Below are positions 8,301 to 18,412 of a DNA stretch of 38,913 bases, piece by piece. The stretch is from an uncultured Bacilli bacterium. GTDB taxonomy: Bacteria > Bacillota_I > Bacilli_A > RF39 > UBA660. A program made the translations under genes and the position numbers. Each line of letters starts with the position of its first letter. The stretch's first letter is position 1. Location of the stretch: the NCBI GenBank assembly GCA_947585915.1, contig CANPXJ010000002.1, positions 1 through 38,913 of the forward strand, written 5' to 3'. The notes beneath the pieces were generated by a model. It did not search any database. It worked only from the letters and a program-made list of their open reading frames with translations, and had not been told where the DNA came from.

Positions 8301-9209
8301 CTAAATTTTGGCAATTTCTACATTTTTATAATAATGTTTTAAAATTTCTTGGTAACTAGCTCCGCTTTTAGCCATCTCATTTGCGCCGTACTGACTCATG
8401 CCTACTCCATGTCCGTAGCCCTTTGTTGTTATTTCGATTTCATTATCATTAACTTTTAAAGTAAAATCAGTTGACCTTAAGCCTAACAAATTACGCATTT
8501 CAGTTCCTAAAAAAGTTTTATTATTAATAGTTATATCTTTGATGCGTCCACTATCGGAATAATTAATTTTACCAATTTGAATTTTTTGACAAGCAATATT
8601 TAATTTTTGGCAAAATTCGTCTTTAGTTAAAGTAGTAGTTTGGATTAAGTTACGGGAATCTTCTACGCTTTCAACACTTACTAAATAATCTTGTTGTTCA
8701 TTAAAAACATTTATGGCATCTTCCGTCTTACCATTACTCATGGCAAAGTAATATGACTTTATTATCTCATTATGATATTTGATGACCTCATTTTTAGTAC
8801 TATCCACCGCTTGTTTTATTTTGCTTAAATATTTTGCATAGTCCCCTTGCCATTTGTCTTGCATTTGTTCATTAGTTAAATAAACTTGGTCAGCAGTTGT
8901 AGCTTTAACATCATAATTGTTATTTAAATTCTTTTTGTACATGGCATAGGTTCTTGAGGCAATGGCTTGGGCTTTTAAGGCTTCTTCTTCAAAACTGGCG
9001 GGCATTTCTCCAGCCACTACACCTATGACATATTCTTCTAAATCTAAAGTTAAGACCTCATTATCAGTTTGTAACTTTATCGTATAATTTTTCTCGGTTT
9101 CTTTTTTTTCTGATTTTGGCAAATTAAAATTAGTTTCCTTTTTAAAGAAACTAATTACTGCTATTGGTAACAAAATTATAACAATACTTAATAGTATTTT
9201 ATTTTTCAT
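8301..9209 (-). CDS. spoIID: Stage II sporulation protein D (SpoIID/LytB-domain lytic transglycosylase)
   Basis: LEEYVIGVVAGEMPASFEEEALKAQAIASRTYA and GHGVGMSQYGANEMA motifs, with an N-terminal signal anchor. Confidence 0.88.
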   Translation of the reverse strand: MKNKILLSIVIILLPIAVISFFKKETNFNLPKSEKKETEKNYTIKLQTDNEVLTLDLEEYVIGVVAGEMPASFEEEALKAQAIASRTYAMYKKNLNNNYDVKATTADQVYLTNEQMQDKWQGDYAKYLSKIKQAVDSTKNEVIKYHNEIIKSYYFAMSNGKTEDAINVFNEQQDYLVSVESVEDSRNLIQTTTLTKDEFCQKLNIACQKIQIGKINYSDSGRIKDITINNKTFLGTEMRNLLGLRSTDFTLKVNDNEIEITTKGYGHGVGMSQYGANEMAKSGASYQEILKHYYKNVEIAKI

Positions 9210-9214
9210 TCATA

Positions 9215-9436
9215 TCACCCAATAAAAATTTTACTAAATTCTAAAAAATCGATTAAAAAATTAGTAAGAAGATAACCACTAATAAAACTTAAAATCATGA
9301 CTAAGATTCTCGTTTCTAAAATTTTATTTTTCTTAATAAACTTTTCAAAATTTACAGCACTTAAAGCAAAAGCACTAAGCATTACGAATACGATATAAAC
9401 AAAAACTTTATAGTCCATTATATTCACCATTTTCAT
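9215..9436 (-). CDS. Small integral membrane protein (DUF1146/YwzB-like)
   Basis: 73 aa with two hydrophobic helices. Its position next to spoIID/murA-region genes mirrors Bacillus ywzB. The start is uncertain (the ATG at 9418 is an alternative), and it overlaps the rpiB 3' end. Confidence 0.55.
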   Translation of the reverse strand: MKMVNIMDYKVFVYIVFVMLSAFALSAVNFEKFIKKNKILETRILVMILSFISGYLLTNFLIDFLEFSKIFIG

Positions 9437-9872
9437 ATTTTATGATTTTATCTACTCTTCTTATGTGTCTTTCTTCGTTAGAAAATTCAGTATTTATAAA
9501 AGTTTTGATAATTTCTTTAATCAACTCAAAATCAAGCTTTGAAGAAAAAGCTAAAACATTGGCGTTGTTATCAAGTTTTGTCATTTTAGCATCATTAATA
9601 CTGTGACAATTAGCACAACGAATTCCTTTAACCTTATTAGCTGCAATAGAAATACCTATACCAGTAGTGCATATTAAAATGCCATAATCCACTTCATTTT
9701 TAACAACTTTTTCACACACAGCAAAAGCAAAGTCTGGATAATCATCTGTTGGGGTATTAACTTGACTTAAATCGACGATGCCAATATTATTTTCTTTTAA
9801 AAACTCTATTACTTTTAATTTTATTTCTCTTCCTGCATGGTCAGTTGCAATAGCTACTTTCATTTTCATCAC
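9408..9872 (-). CDS. rpiB: Ribose-5-phosphate isomerase B (RpiB/LacAB family)
   Basis: MKVAIATDHAG and LICTTGIGISIAANKVKGIRCA motifs. The likely true start is the ATG at 9863, with AAAGGTG upstream. Confidence 0.9.
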   Translation of the reverse strand: MMKMKVAIATDHAGREIKLKVIEFLKENNIGIVDLSQVNTPTDDYPDFAFAVCEKVVKNEVDYGILICTTGIGISIAANKVKGIRCANCHSINDAKMTKLDNNANVLAFSSKLDFELIKEIIKTFINTEFSNEERHIRRVDKIIKYENGEYNGL

Positions 9873-9915
9873 CTTTATTTTTCTTAATTATATCACAGAC
9901 CCAATTAAAAAACTG

Positions 9916-10131
9916 CTATTTTGCAGCTTTTTTTTCTTGATTTAAACCAAACTTTTTATTAAATTTCTCAACAGTACCTGTTCTTTTTGCTTGTTGTTTT
10001 CCAGTGTAGAAAGAGTGACATTTATCACAAACCTCTGCATGGAATTCAGGCATTGTAGACTTGGTTGTAAAAGTTGCCCCGCAGGCACAAGTTACTTTAC
10101 AATCAACTAATTTTGGATGAATATCTTTCAT
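9916..10131 (-). CDS. rpmE: 50S ribosomal protein L31 (Cys-containing type A)
   Basis: [18 protein letters not shown]...[13 protein letters not shown], 71 aa. Confidence 0.95.
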   Translation of the reverse strand: MKDIHPKLVDCKVTCACGATFTTKSTMPEFHAEVCDKCHSFYTGKQQAKRTGTVEKFNKKFGLNQEKKAAK

Positions 10132-10189
10132 ATATCTTCTCCTTCCGCCATACTAAATTCTTTAGTATAGAAATTTTGCATTCCCTTGT

Positions 10190-10217
10190 ATTATACCATA
10201 AATATTGTTGTTGACAA
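10190..10217 (-). promoter_or_regulatory. Sigma-A-type promoter of rpmE
   Basis: On the minus strand, TTGTCA (plus 10212-10217), a 16-nt spacer, then TGgTATAAT (-10 at plus 10190-10195). Confidence 0.6.
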
Positions 10218-10260
10218 GCTCTATTTGTTTAAAAGTGTGTACTCTTGTGTACTCTATTGT

Positions 10261-10986
10261 TTAAAAATGTGTACGATACCGTCTACGCTCTCTAACAGAA
10301 TTATTTACCATCCCATTTACACCTAACCTAGCAGTCATTATGGCTTCACTATTTTCTAATTCCAAAAAATTATTATAATATTTTTCGATTTCTTTTAGCT
10401 TTTGTTCCAATTCTTCTTTAGTTCTATAATAAGCTTCTTCGGTTATGATTGAAGGAGTAACAAAAGTTTTATCTATTAAATTAATACCTAAAATTAATTT
10501 CTTTTCTTGTTTTAATTTTTCAATTTTATATAAATTATTATTTTGTTTTTCATATATTTGGGTTTGCCCTTTTTCGTTAGAAGTTTCACAATATAGTTTA
10601 TAATTATCTTTGCTAAGATCTTCCATCCTTATATAATTTCTACTCCATCTATTTTTACTTAAATCTTTTTGTGTAAAAGTATCTATCTGTAGATAATCTC
10701 TTTCTTCTAAAGTTTGTCCAAAATAATATTGATAATAAGCTATTTCATTTTCATTATTTATCTCAAAAAGCTCTCTTTGACTCCTAATTAATTCATTTCT
10801 TCTAATAGATTCCATGTATAATAGTTCTTTACCATCTTTCAAAAAATGCGAAGAGGTGATTAAACTATCATTATCTTTTTTATTACTTTGTTCTAAAGTT
10901 AATACCCCTAATTTATAGATTCCTTCTTTTAATCTTAATAAGTTATTAATTAAATTTCTAAGTTCACTTGCTTTAATATTTAACAC
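10261..10986 (-). CDS. Hypothetical protein (241 aa, GTG start)
   Basis: Long ORF with GGGAGG 8 nt upstream of the GTG at 10986. It has a basic C-terminus (RERRRYRTHF) and no recognisable family. Confidence 0.7.
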   Translation of the reverse strand: MLNIKASELRNLINNLLRLKEGIYKLGVLTLEQSNKKDNDSLITSSHFLKDGKELLYMESIRRNELIRSQRELFEINNENEIAYYQYYFGQTLEERDYLQIDTFTQKDLSKNRWSRNYIRMEDLSKDNYKLYCETSNEKGQTQIYEKQNNNLYKIEKLKQEKKLILGINLIDKTFVTPSIITEEAYYRTKEELEQKLKEIEKYYNNFLELENSEAIMTARLGVNGMVNNSVRERRRYRTHF

Positions 10987-11045
10987 TTACAAAACCTCCC
11001 TAATGTTCCTTATTATATTATAATTTCTTTTTACTGGCAAGAATT

Positions 11046-12311
11046 CTATACCTCATCAATTTTTATTTCCGCTCCTACAGAAGATAACTTACCAACAATG
11101 TTTTCATATCCCCTTAAAATATGTTCAATATTAGTAATAATTGTTGTTCCCTCGGCTATCATTCCAGCAACAAGCATAGCTGCCCCAGCTCTTAAATCAG
11201 TAGCAATTACTTCTCTTCCAACTAAAGGAGTTTTACCTTTAATAACAGCCTTTTTATCAAATAATTTAATACTTGCCCCCATAGCATTTAAATGTTTTAT
11301 ATGACGCATTCTATTTTCATAAATAGTTTCTTCAAATAAAGATTCCCCATCACATTGGGTTAAAAGAGTACTCATGGGTTGCCCTAAATCGGTCGGAAAG
11401 CCAGGATAGACAAGCGTTTTAACATTGACTGGTTTTAATTTTTTGCTTTTGCTGACAATTATTTTAGTTCCTTTTATTTCAAAATCAGCACCAGCTTCAT
11501 GGAGTTTAGTTAAGACCGCTTCCAAGTGTTCTTTAATTATTCCTTCAATTACTAAATTTTTACCTAACAAACTACCAATCATCAAGTAAGTTCCTGCCTC
11601 TATGCGATCGGGAATAACCTCAACAATTCCATTTTTTAATTTATCTACGCCTTGAATTTTGATTTCACTTGTTCCCGCTCCACTTACCTTTGCTCCCATA
11701 GAATTTAAGAAAGAAGCGACATTTACGATTTCTGGTTCCATAGCGGCGTTATATATATAAGTTGTTCCTTCCGCCTTTATCGCTGCCAACATCAAATTTA
11801 GGGTTGCTCCAACGCTGGCTACATCTAAAAATATTTCCGTACCATGGAGTTTTTTTGCATTAATTATGTATTTATCTCCTTCTTGTTTAATATCGGCTCC
11901 CATCTTAGCAAAACCTTTTAAATGAAAATCAATAGGTCTACTACCTATATTACAACCTCCCGGTAAGGAAATCTCGACATATTTATATTTGGTAAGTAAA
12001 GCTCCCATATAATAGTAAGAAGCACGAAGTTTAGTGGAAAAATCACTAGTTATTTCTTTGTTTTGACAATTCCTATTATTTATTTTAATTGTTTCATTTT
12101 CGTAAGTTATATCGCTACCTAAATATTTCGTAATGCTTTCTAAATTTTTAACATCACTAATTGCCGGCACATTATAGATAGTGGCCTCGTCCTCCGCTAA
12201 GATTGCTGCGGGAATTAGAGCGACTACCGAGTTTTTTGCTCCTCCTATTTTTATCGTTCCATTAAGTTCTTTTTTTCCTTTTATTACTAAACGTTTCAAA
12301 ATACCACCCAA
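11046..12311 (-). CDS. murA: UDP-N-acetylglucosamine 1-carboxyvinyltransferase
   Basis: KIGGAKNSVVALIPAAILA and the active-site Cys loop LPGGCNIGSRPID. The ORF-track start is a TTG. A TTG at 12299 (LKRLVIKG...) fits typical MurA N-termini better. Confidence 0.93.
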   Translation of the reverse strand: MGGILKRLVIKGKKELNGTIKIGGAKNSVVALIPAAILAEDEATIYNVPAISDVKNLESITKYLGSDITYENETIKINNRNCQNKEITSDFSTKLRASYYYMGALLTKYKYVEISLPGGCNIGSRPIDFHLKGFAKMGADIKQEGDKYIINAKKLHGTEIFLDVASVGATLNLMLAAIKAEGTTYIYNAAMEPEIVNVASFLNSMGAKVSGAGTSEIKIQGVDKLKNGIVEVIPDRIEAGTYLMIGSLLGKNLVIEGIIKEHLEAVLTKLHEAGADFEIKGTKIIVSKSKKLKPVNVKTLVYPGFPTDLGQPMSTLLTQCDGESLFEETIYENRMRHIKHLNAMGASIKLFDKKAVIKGKTPLVGREVIATDLRAGAAMLVAGMIAEGTTIITNIEHILRGYENIVGKLSSVGAEIKIDEV

Positions 12312-12374
12312 TTTCCCTTATATTATAACAAGATAAAGTAAAATAACAAACATTAAATTCTCATTTTTGACACT

Positions 12375-12911
12375 TTACCCAAATAAATGGAGTAAAGCCA
12401 CGATTATTAAAAGAATTATTCCTAAAATGTTAGCATATTTTCCCAACTTTTCTTTAGAATATTTTCCAATAGTTAGACCTAAAAAAGTAAAACTAAAACT
12501 ACACAGTGCAAATATAATCGCCGCTTTAAAGTTATTTGAGGTTAAAGCTTTTAAACCTATTCCGGTACTAAAAGAATCTAAACTAACACTAAAAGCAAAA
12601 AAGAGTATCCCTAAAAAAGTTAAAGTAAATTTTGTATCTCGCTCTTCCTTTAAATCTTTTATCATCATAAAAGCAATAAATATTAAGATAATACTAACTA
12701 AAAAATTGGGATTTATGATAAAAATATTTAAAATTTGTTTCCCTAACAAAAAACCTAAAAGAGGCATTATAAAGTGCATAATACCAACTATGGAGGAAAC
12801 TAATAGTATTTTATTCTGTTTTAATAAAAGTGTGCCAATGCCTAAAGATAGGGAAAAAGTGTCCATACTAAGAGCGATACCAATACTAAGTAGGGAAAAT
12901 AGTTCTAACAT
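12375..12911 (-). CDS. mntP: MntP/YwlD-family (DUF204) putative manganese efflux membrane protein
   Basis: 178-aa polytopic protein with the duplicated motifs LSMDTFSLSLGIG and SVSLDSFSTGIG. The antisense ORF 12367-12915 is a shadow. Confidence 0.75.
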   Translation of the reverse strand: MLELFSLLSIGIALSMDTFSLSLGIGTLLLKQNKILLVSSIVGIMHFIMPLLGFLLGKQILNIFIINPNFLVSIILIFIAFMMIKDLKEERDTKFTLTFLGILFFAFSVSLDSFSTGIGLKALTSNNFKAAIIFALCSFSFTFLGLTIGKYSKEKLGKYANILGIILLIIVALLHLFG

Positions 12912-12951
12912 TTAAAATTCCTCCCTAATAATTATATTAAGAAGGGACTTT

Positions 12952-13482
12952 TTACTTGCTAAATTTTTCAATAATTTCCTGAACAAAAAATTTATACTCA
13001 ACATCTTCTTGTTTACTTTCATCAGCTTCAAGTAGGCATAAAGGGGGAAATAGGACACACCACCAATTCTTTCCTTCTCCTTTTCCTAAAGTCACAACTA
13101 ATGATTCATACTCTCCTTCGGGATAAGTAACTCCTTTAAACGTTTTAGAAGGAAAATAATTATTACCATAATTTACTTTAAATGTTTCATTACTATTGTT
13201 TTTCTTTAAAGTATTAAAGACATTAGATTCTATTGTATCTAAGTTGTTTATTAAAGCTTCTCGACTTTCCTCAATTGTATCTTTATCTTTTAAAATACTA
13301 GCTATATCCTTGTTTAAGGAATTTTTAACTTGTTGTTTTAGCTCTTGATCACTATCTTCATCGCTGCTCGATATTACGCGAAAACGAATAGAATCTTTGG
13401 GAATAATTATTTGTTCTGATATATTTTTAGGAATAAAATAAACACATAAGATAATTACTATAACTATTATTAATTTTTTCAT
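12952..13482 (-). CDS. spoIIR: Stage II sporulation protein R
   Basis: Signal peptide plus the signature NWWCVLFPPLCL near the C-terminus, 176 aa. Confidence 0.88.
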   Translation of the reverse strand: MKKLIIVIVIILCVYFIPKNISEQIIIPKDSIRFRVISSSDEDSDQELKQQVKNSLNKDIASILKDKDTIEESREALINNLDTIESNVFNTLKKNNSNETFKVNYGNNYFPSKTFKGVTYPEGEYESLVVTLGKGEGKNWWCVLFPPLCLLEADESKQEDVEYKFFVQEIIEKFSK

Positions 13483-13531
13483 AAATAAAATGCTACCTTT
13501 CTAGCTTTTTTATGGTAACATTTAGATTATT

Positions 13532-14254
13532 TTATTCACAATTATTTAAAATAAAGATATACCTATCAAAATTATTATAATCTTTTTCGGCTAAAATTAA
13601 GGCCGTAGGAAAATATTTTTTAAAGATATTGCTAACATGTTCTTTTTGATTATAGCCAATCTCTAAAGCTATTATTCCTCTATTGCTTAAATTTTTTTTA
13701 CCTATCTTGGCTATCGCTTTATAAAACTCTAAACCATCATCGGATGCAAAAATAGCATCTTGGGGTTCGTATTTTGTTTTTTCATCAACTTTTTCATTCA
13801 ATGCTACATAAGGAGGATTACTGATAATTACCTCATATTTTCCCACAATAGAATCTTTTAATATATCTTTTTTTAAAAACTTAATATCAGCCTTATTATT
13901 ATGAGCATTTTTTTTAGCTACATTTAAGACCGCGTCTTTATAGTCTAGAGCATCCACCTTTAAACTTTCTATTTCTTTTTTTAAAACAATTGCAATACAC
14001 CCACTTCCCGTTGCTATATCTAAAACTTTACTATTTTGGAAGTTATATTTTTGCATTAAATGAATAGTTTTTTCAACAAGCAGTTCTGTTTCAAAGCGCG
14101 GAATTAAAACATTCTCATCAACATCAATAATATACCCAAAAAAATCCACATTGCCAATTATATATTGAACAGGATAACCAGCTTGATATTTTTTTAAAGC
14201 TTCAGCTAATTTGTCTTTAGGAACGTATTTTTTGATTAATTCAATTTCCTTCAT
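13532..14254 (-). CDS. prmC: Release-factor glutamine N5-methyltransferase
   Basis: SAM motif DIATGSGCIAI and catalytic IISNPPYV. It lies immediately downstream of prfA. Confidence 0.9.
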   Translation of the reverse strand: MKEIELIKKYVPKDKLAEALKKYQAGYPVQYIIGNVDFFGYIIDVDENVLIPRFETELLVEKTIHLMQKYNFQNSKVLDIATGSGCIAIVLKKEIESLKVDALDYKDAVLNVAKKNAHNNKADIKFLKKDILKDSIVGKYEVIISNPPYVALNEKVDEKTKYEPQDAIFASDDGLEFYKAIAKIGKKNLSNRGIIALEIGYNQKEHVSNIFKKYFPTALILAEKDYNNFDRYIFILNNCE

Positions 14255-14259
14255 TGATA

Positions 14260-15318
14260 TTATTTTTCTCCTGCTAACTTGCGTTTTTGGTCTTCAGTTA
14301 TTAATGCTTCAATTATTTTTTCAATATCTCCTTGCATTACTTTATCTAAAGTATTTATCGTAAAACCGATACGATGGTCCGTTACTCGATTTTGAGGATA
14401 GTTATAAGTTCTTATTTTTTCCGAACGGTCTCCTGTTCCTATTTTACTACGACGTTCTTCCCCTAGTTCTTTATCCCTTTGTTGCAGTTTTAAATCATAA
14501 AGTCGAGCTCTTAAAATTTTGAAAGCTTTCTCTTTATTTTTAATTTGGCTTCTTTCTGTTTGGGAATAAACAACTATACCTGTTGGAATATGGGTTAGTC
14601 TAACAGCTGAATCAGTAGTATTTACTCCTTGTCCTCCATTTCCGCTTGCTCTTGTAATGTCAATTCGTACCTCACTCATATCTAGATCATCATCTACCTC
14701 ATCTACTTCGGGCATGACTAAAACAGTGGCTGTTGAGGTATGAACTCGTCCTTGAGTTTCGGTAACTGGAACTCTTTGAACGCGATGAGCACCACTTTCA
14801 TATTTTAATTTTGAATAAACATTATCACCTTTAATCATTAAACTAATTTGGGAAAAACCACCAGCATCGCTTTTTTCTTCTTGCATTATTTCAATATGCC
14901 AACCTTGTTTTTCGGCATATTTTTTATACATATCAAAAAGGTCTCCAGCAAAGATATTGGCTTCATCCCCACCAGCTGCTCCTCTAATTTCCATAATAAT
15001 ATTTTTATCATCATTTTCATCCTTAGGAATAAGAAGAATTTCTAACTCTTTAGTAAGCTTTTCTTTTTTCTCTTCTAAAGTAGCTAGTTCTTGCTCAGCT
15101 AAAGAAGCCAATTCTTTATCGTTTAACATCTCTTTATCTTCTTCTATACCTTCCAAAACTTTCTTATATTCGTTGTACTTATTTACAATTTCTTCTAAAT
15201 TACTTTGTTCTTTAGATAAGTTTTTCATTTTATTATAATCATTTAAAACTTCTGGTGTTGATAATTCTTCACTTAAGGTATTATATCTATTTAAAATGTC
15301 TTCTAATCTTTCTATCAT
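14260..15318 (-). CDS. prfA: Peptide chain release factor 1
   Basis: The P-x-T element is present as PVT, in [20 protein letters not shown] motif in [19 protein letters not shown]. Confidence 0.96.
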   Translation of the reverse strand: MIERLEDILNRYNTLSEELSTPEVLNDYNKMKNLSKEQSNLEEIVNKYNEYKKVLEGIEEDKEMLNDKELASLAEQELATLEEKKEKLTKELEILLIPKDENDDKNIIMEIRGAAGGDEANIFAGDLFDMYKKYAEKQGWHIEIMQEEKSDAGGFSQISLMIKGDNVYSKLKYESGAHRVQRVPVTETQGRVHTSTATVLVMPEVDEVDDDLDMSEVRIDITRASGNGGQGVNTTDSAVRLTHIPTGIVVYSQTERSQIKNKEKAFKILRARLYDLKLQQRDKELGEERRSKIGTGDRSEKIRTYNYPQNRVTDHRIGFTINTLDKVMQGDIEKIIEALITEDQKRKLAGEK

Positions 15319-15341
15319 TATATCAACCTCCCAAATTATTA

Positions 15342-15773
15342 TTAATCTAAATTATTTTCATCTTCATCTGGATCAATGACCGCCAAATCCTTTAAATCAT
15401 CTTCAACAATGTCATCATCACTATTTTTTTCATCGAAGATATCCTCATCCTCTTCTTCCTCGTCTTCTTCCTCTTCTTCCACAAACATATCTTCATCTTC
15501 GTCTTCATCAATCACAATTTTTTGAGAATGATTGTCTTTTAAATCCCAAAAACCATTTTCTAACATTAAGAATCTTTTGTCAGTAGAAAGAAGTTGAAAG
15601 AAATCTGCAATTTGATTTTCAAACACACTATCAGGTAACTTTAAAATTTTACATACTTTAGAAAATAAATCGGTTATTTTCATTTTTTTACCAGCTTCAC
15701 TCAAAATCATATAAGCTAAATCATCATAAGACATATTTTCTAAATCTTCGCTCTTTAAATCTTTTATTTTCAT
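15342..15773 (-). CDS. rpoE: DNA-directed RNA polymerase delta subunit
   Basis: N-terminal HARE-HTH-like domain ([24 protein letters not shown]...FWDLKDNH) followed by a long Asp/Glu-only tail. Confidence 0.85.
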   Translation of the reverse strand: MKIKDLKSEDLENMSYDDLAYMILSEAGKKMKITDLFSKVCKILKLPDSVFENQIADFFQLLSTDKRFLMLENGFWDLKDNHSQKIVIDEDEDEDMFVEEEEEDEEEEDEDIFDEKNSDDDIVEDDLKDLAVIDPDEDENNLD

Positions 15774-15857
15774 ATCTAAACCTCCAATATTATAATCTTT
15801 TTTTCTAGAACATTATACGATATTTTTTTATAAATGTGTTAATTTTTTAACTATTAT

Positions 15858-16208
15858 TTATTTCTTTACAATAATTACTTTCTTTTCATCTTCATCAGTT
15901 TCAATTTTATAGTTTATAATAATGCCATTTTCATCTAAGTTAAATACTGCTTTATCAACTGAAACTGCAAATGTTTTTTTCTCATTTTTTAATGTAAAGT
16001 AACACTCATTTTCTTCTTTTATTTTTAAACAAAATTCATATTCCTCACAAATTCTTTTAAAGATTAATTCATCTTTTTTAATATTTATTTTAGTTAAAAC
16101 ATCATCCATAAAACTTAAAGTGTTTTCTTTTTTATTATAGTGCGATTTAATATTTTTATTTTCTTTTATTTTTTGGTCATTAGCATAAAGAGTTAAATCA
16201 ATAAACAA
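15858..16208 (-). CDS. Small conserved hypothetical protein, possibly DUF1934/YwiB-like
   Basis: 116 aa with a TTG start. The size and the neighbourhood of rpoE resemble Bacillus ywiB. No decisive motif. Confidence 0.4.
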   Translation of the reverse strand: MFIDLTLYANDQKIKENKNIKSHYNKKENTLSFMDDVLTKINIKKDELIFKRICEEYEFCLKIKEENECYFTLKNEKKTFAVSVDKAVFNLDENGIIINYKIETDEDEKKVIIVKK

Positions 16209-16454
16209 GAATTATCACCTCGTTTGTGAGGTCATTATAACAAAAGCTTAAGTAAAAGTAAACTTATAACTTAAAATCTATAATTTTTAAATGCAATTAA
16301 TTATTAATTAGGTGATTAAAGGGGCATTTTACCTTCTTACATTTGTTTATTACAATCTCTATTGCATTTGTTTGATCCATAACTATTATTAAATATAAAT
16401 TTATTCTACTTATAATTTAAAAAAGTTTTTTCATAATAAAAATAAGGTGATTTC

Positions 16455-18410
16455 ATGAAAAAAGTTTCTTTCTTAATAAAAAGTTGTATTTTTTTATGTA
16501 CGTTAGGAATTATTACTATTATAGCTTTATATGCTTATGCTTATTTTAGTCCTAAAATTGAACTTAAAAGCTCTAATCAATTTTATATATATGATAATGA
16601 TGAGAAGATAGTTTATGAAGGCTCCGGAACAACTAAATGGGTTGATTTAGAAGATATTTCTCCCAATTTAATTAACGCTGTAATTAGTATTGAAGATAAA
16701 AACTTTTATAAGCATCAAGGATTTGATTATTTAAGAATTGCGAAAGCCATGTTTAATAATTTGAAAAATCGTAATATAATGCAGGGCGCATCCACTATTT
16801 CTCAACAATATATAAAAAATATGTACTTAGATTTTGATAAAACTTGGAAAAGAAAAATAGAAGAAGCTTTTTTAACTTTAGAATTAGAAATGCACTATTC
16901 TAAAGATGAAATATTAGAAGGATATTTAAATACCATTAATTATGGACAGGGAAACTATGGGGTAGAAAATGCCAGTGAATATTATTTTAATAAAAGTGCT
17001 AAAGAGTTAACTCTAGAAGAAGCTGCTATTCTGGCTGGTATTCCTAAAAATCCTAGCAATTATAACCCAGTAAGTCATTTAGATAAATCTCTTAAAAGAG
17101 CAAATTTAGTGCTTGATGCAATGGTTAAAAATAATTATTTAAAAGAAGAAGATAAAAAAAATATTTCTTTTGATAATTTAGAAATTGTTGGTAAAAACAA
17201 TAATAAAAATTTACAAACTTTAATGTATTATCAAGATGCTGTTTTAGATGAACTTAAAACTTTAGATAATATTCCTAAATCTTTAATAGATGCGGGTGGT
17301 CTTAAAATATATACAACTCTAGATTTAAATTCCCAAGAAACTTTAGAAAACGCTATTTTAAATAATATGGATGAAGATAATGAACTCGAAGTAGCTAGTA
17401 TTATCATTAATCCGCAAAATGGAGGAGTTTCCGCTTTGGTTGGAGGAAAAGACTATGCTAAAAGTCAATACAATCGTGCTATTGACTCTAAAAGACAAGT
17501 TGGTTCCACAATGAAACCTCTTCTTTATTATTCAGCTTTAGAAAATGATTTTACGGCTTCTACTACTTTTTTATCTGCTCCTACTACTTTTTCTTTAGCC
17601 AACAACAAGACTTATTCCCCTTCAAACTACAATGATAAATATGCTAATAAAGATATAACTATGGCCGCAGCTATTGCTTACTCTGATAACATTTATGCTG
17701 TTAAAACGCATTTATTTTTAGGAGAAGAAAATTTAGTTGATATTGCTAAAAAAATGGGTATTAAAACTAAGTTAGAAGCCAATGCGTCTTTACCTTTAGG
17801 TACTAGTGAAATTCCAATGATTGATTTTGCTAGTGCCTATACAACTTTAGCAAGTGGCGGCTATAAGAGGGATATCCATTTTATAAAAAAAGTAGAAGAT
17901 TTAAATGGTAATGTTTTATATAAATATAAAAATGAGAAAGACTTAGTTTTAAATGAAAATTATGTTTATATCTTAAATGAACTTTTAACCTCTACTTATA
18001 ATAGTGCTTTTGTTGATTATAATTCCCCTACTGTTATGAGTCTTTCTTCTCAACTTTCTAAAAAATATGCTATTAAAACTGGTTCAACTGGAAGTGATTG
18101 TTGGATTGTTGGTTACAATAAAAAACATTTAATGATGGTTTGGAATGGTTATGATGACAGCCGAGAAGTGAAGGTAAGTGACGGGTCAATTTCTAAAAAA
18201 ATATGGCTAGATACTAGTGAAGAGGTTCTTAAAAATAAAGATGATACTTGGTATAAAGCTCCAAAAAATATTATAGGAATTCCTTTAAATGCCATAACTG
18301 GTGCGTATGATGAAAAAAGCAAAAATTCAAATATATTTTATTTTGTCAAAGGAACAGAGCCAGGAGCAAATAAGGAAATTAGTGTATCAAAAAATACTAC
18401 AGGTGAGTAG
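16455..18410 (+). CDS. Class A penicillin-binding protein (glycosyltransferase + transpeptidase)
   Basis: N-terminal TM. GT51 motifs EDKNFYKHQGFD and GASTISQQYIKN. Transpeptidase motifs STMKP, SDN (YSDNIY) and KTGST. Confidence 0.92.
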   Translation: MKKVSFLIKSCIFLCTLGIITIIALYAYAYFSPKIELKSSNQFYIYDNDEKIVYEGSGTTKWVDLEDISPNLINAVISIEDKNFYKHQGFDYLRIAKAMFNNLKNRNIMQGASTISQQYIKNMYLDFDKTWKRKIEEAFLTLELEMHYSKDEILEGYLNTINYGQGNYGVENASEYYFNKSAKELTLEEAAILAGIPKNPSNYNPVSHLDKSLKRANLVLDAMVKNNYLKEEDKKNISFDNLEIVGKNNNKNLQTLMYYQDAVLDELKTLDNIPKSLIDAGGLKIYTTLDLNSQETLENAILNNMDEDNELEVASIIINPQNGGVSALVGGKDYAKSQYNRAIDSKRQVGSTMKPLLYYSALENDFTASTTFLSAPTTFSLANNKTYSPSNYNDKYANKDITMAAAIAYSDNIYAVKTHLFLGEENLVDIAKKMGIKTKLEANASLPLGTSEIPMIDFASAYTTLASGGYKRDIHFIKKVEDLNGNVLYKYKNEKDLVLNENYVYILNELLTSTYNSAFVDYNSPTVMSLSSQLSKKYAIKTGSTGSDCWIVGYNKKHLMMVWNGYDDSREVKVSDGSISKKIWLDTSEEVLKNKDDTWYKAPKNIIGIPLNAITGAYDEKSKNSNIFYFVKGTEPGANKEISVSKNTTGE

Positions 18411-18412
18411 TA

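Noticed and set aside
10222-10275. Tandem GTGTACTCT-T-GTGTACTCT, plus a duplicated TTGTTTAAAA(G/A)TGTGTAC, at the 3' end of the 241-aa gene and upstream of the rpmE -35.
   Set aside because: The repeats are real, but they are short and form no hairpin. I cannot connect them to a known operator. They may be a small duplication of the gene's 3' end, which is too weak to report as a finding.
12367-12915. 182-aa plus-strand ORF, together with similar antisense ORFs in the track (3745-3975, 3770-3979, 11098-11304, 14848-15045, 14957-15238, 18756-19163, 21208-21525, 23294-23677, 24531-24725, 26279-26653, 28778-29146, 34227-34469, 37168-37374, 37402-37638).
   Set aside because: Each lies entirely antisense to a gene with clear family motifs. 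They lack convincing RBSs, and their translations are low-complexity Ile/Phe/Lys/Ser-rich strings typical of shadow ORFs in AT-rich DNA.
13483-13531. GGTAGCATTT upstream of spoIIR, considered as a sigma-F type -10 element.
   Set aside because: It overlaps the ribosome-binding site and lies too close to the ATG to be a promoter. It also matches the remembered consensus only partially.
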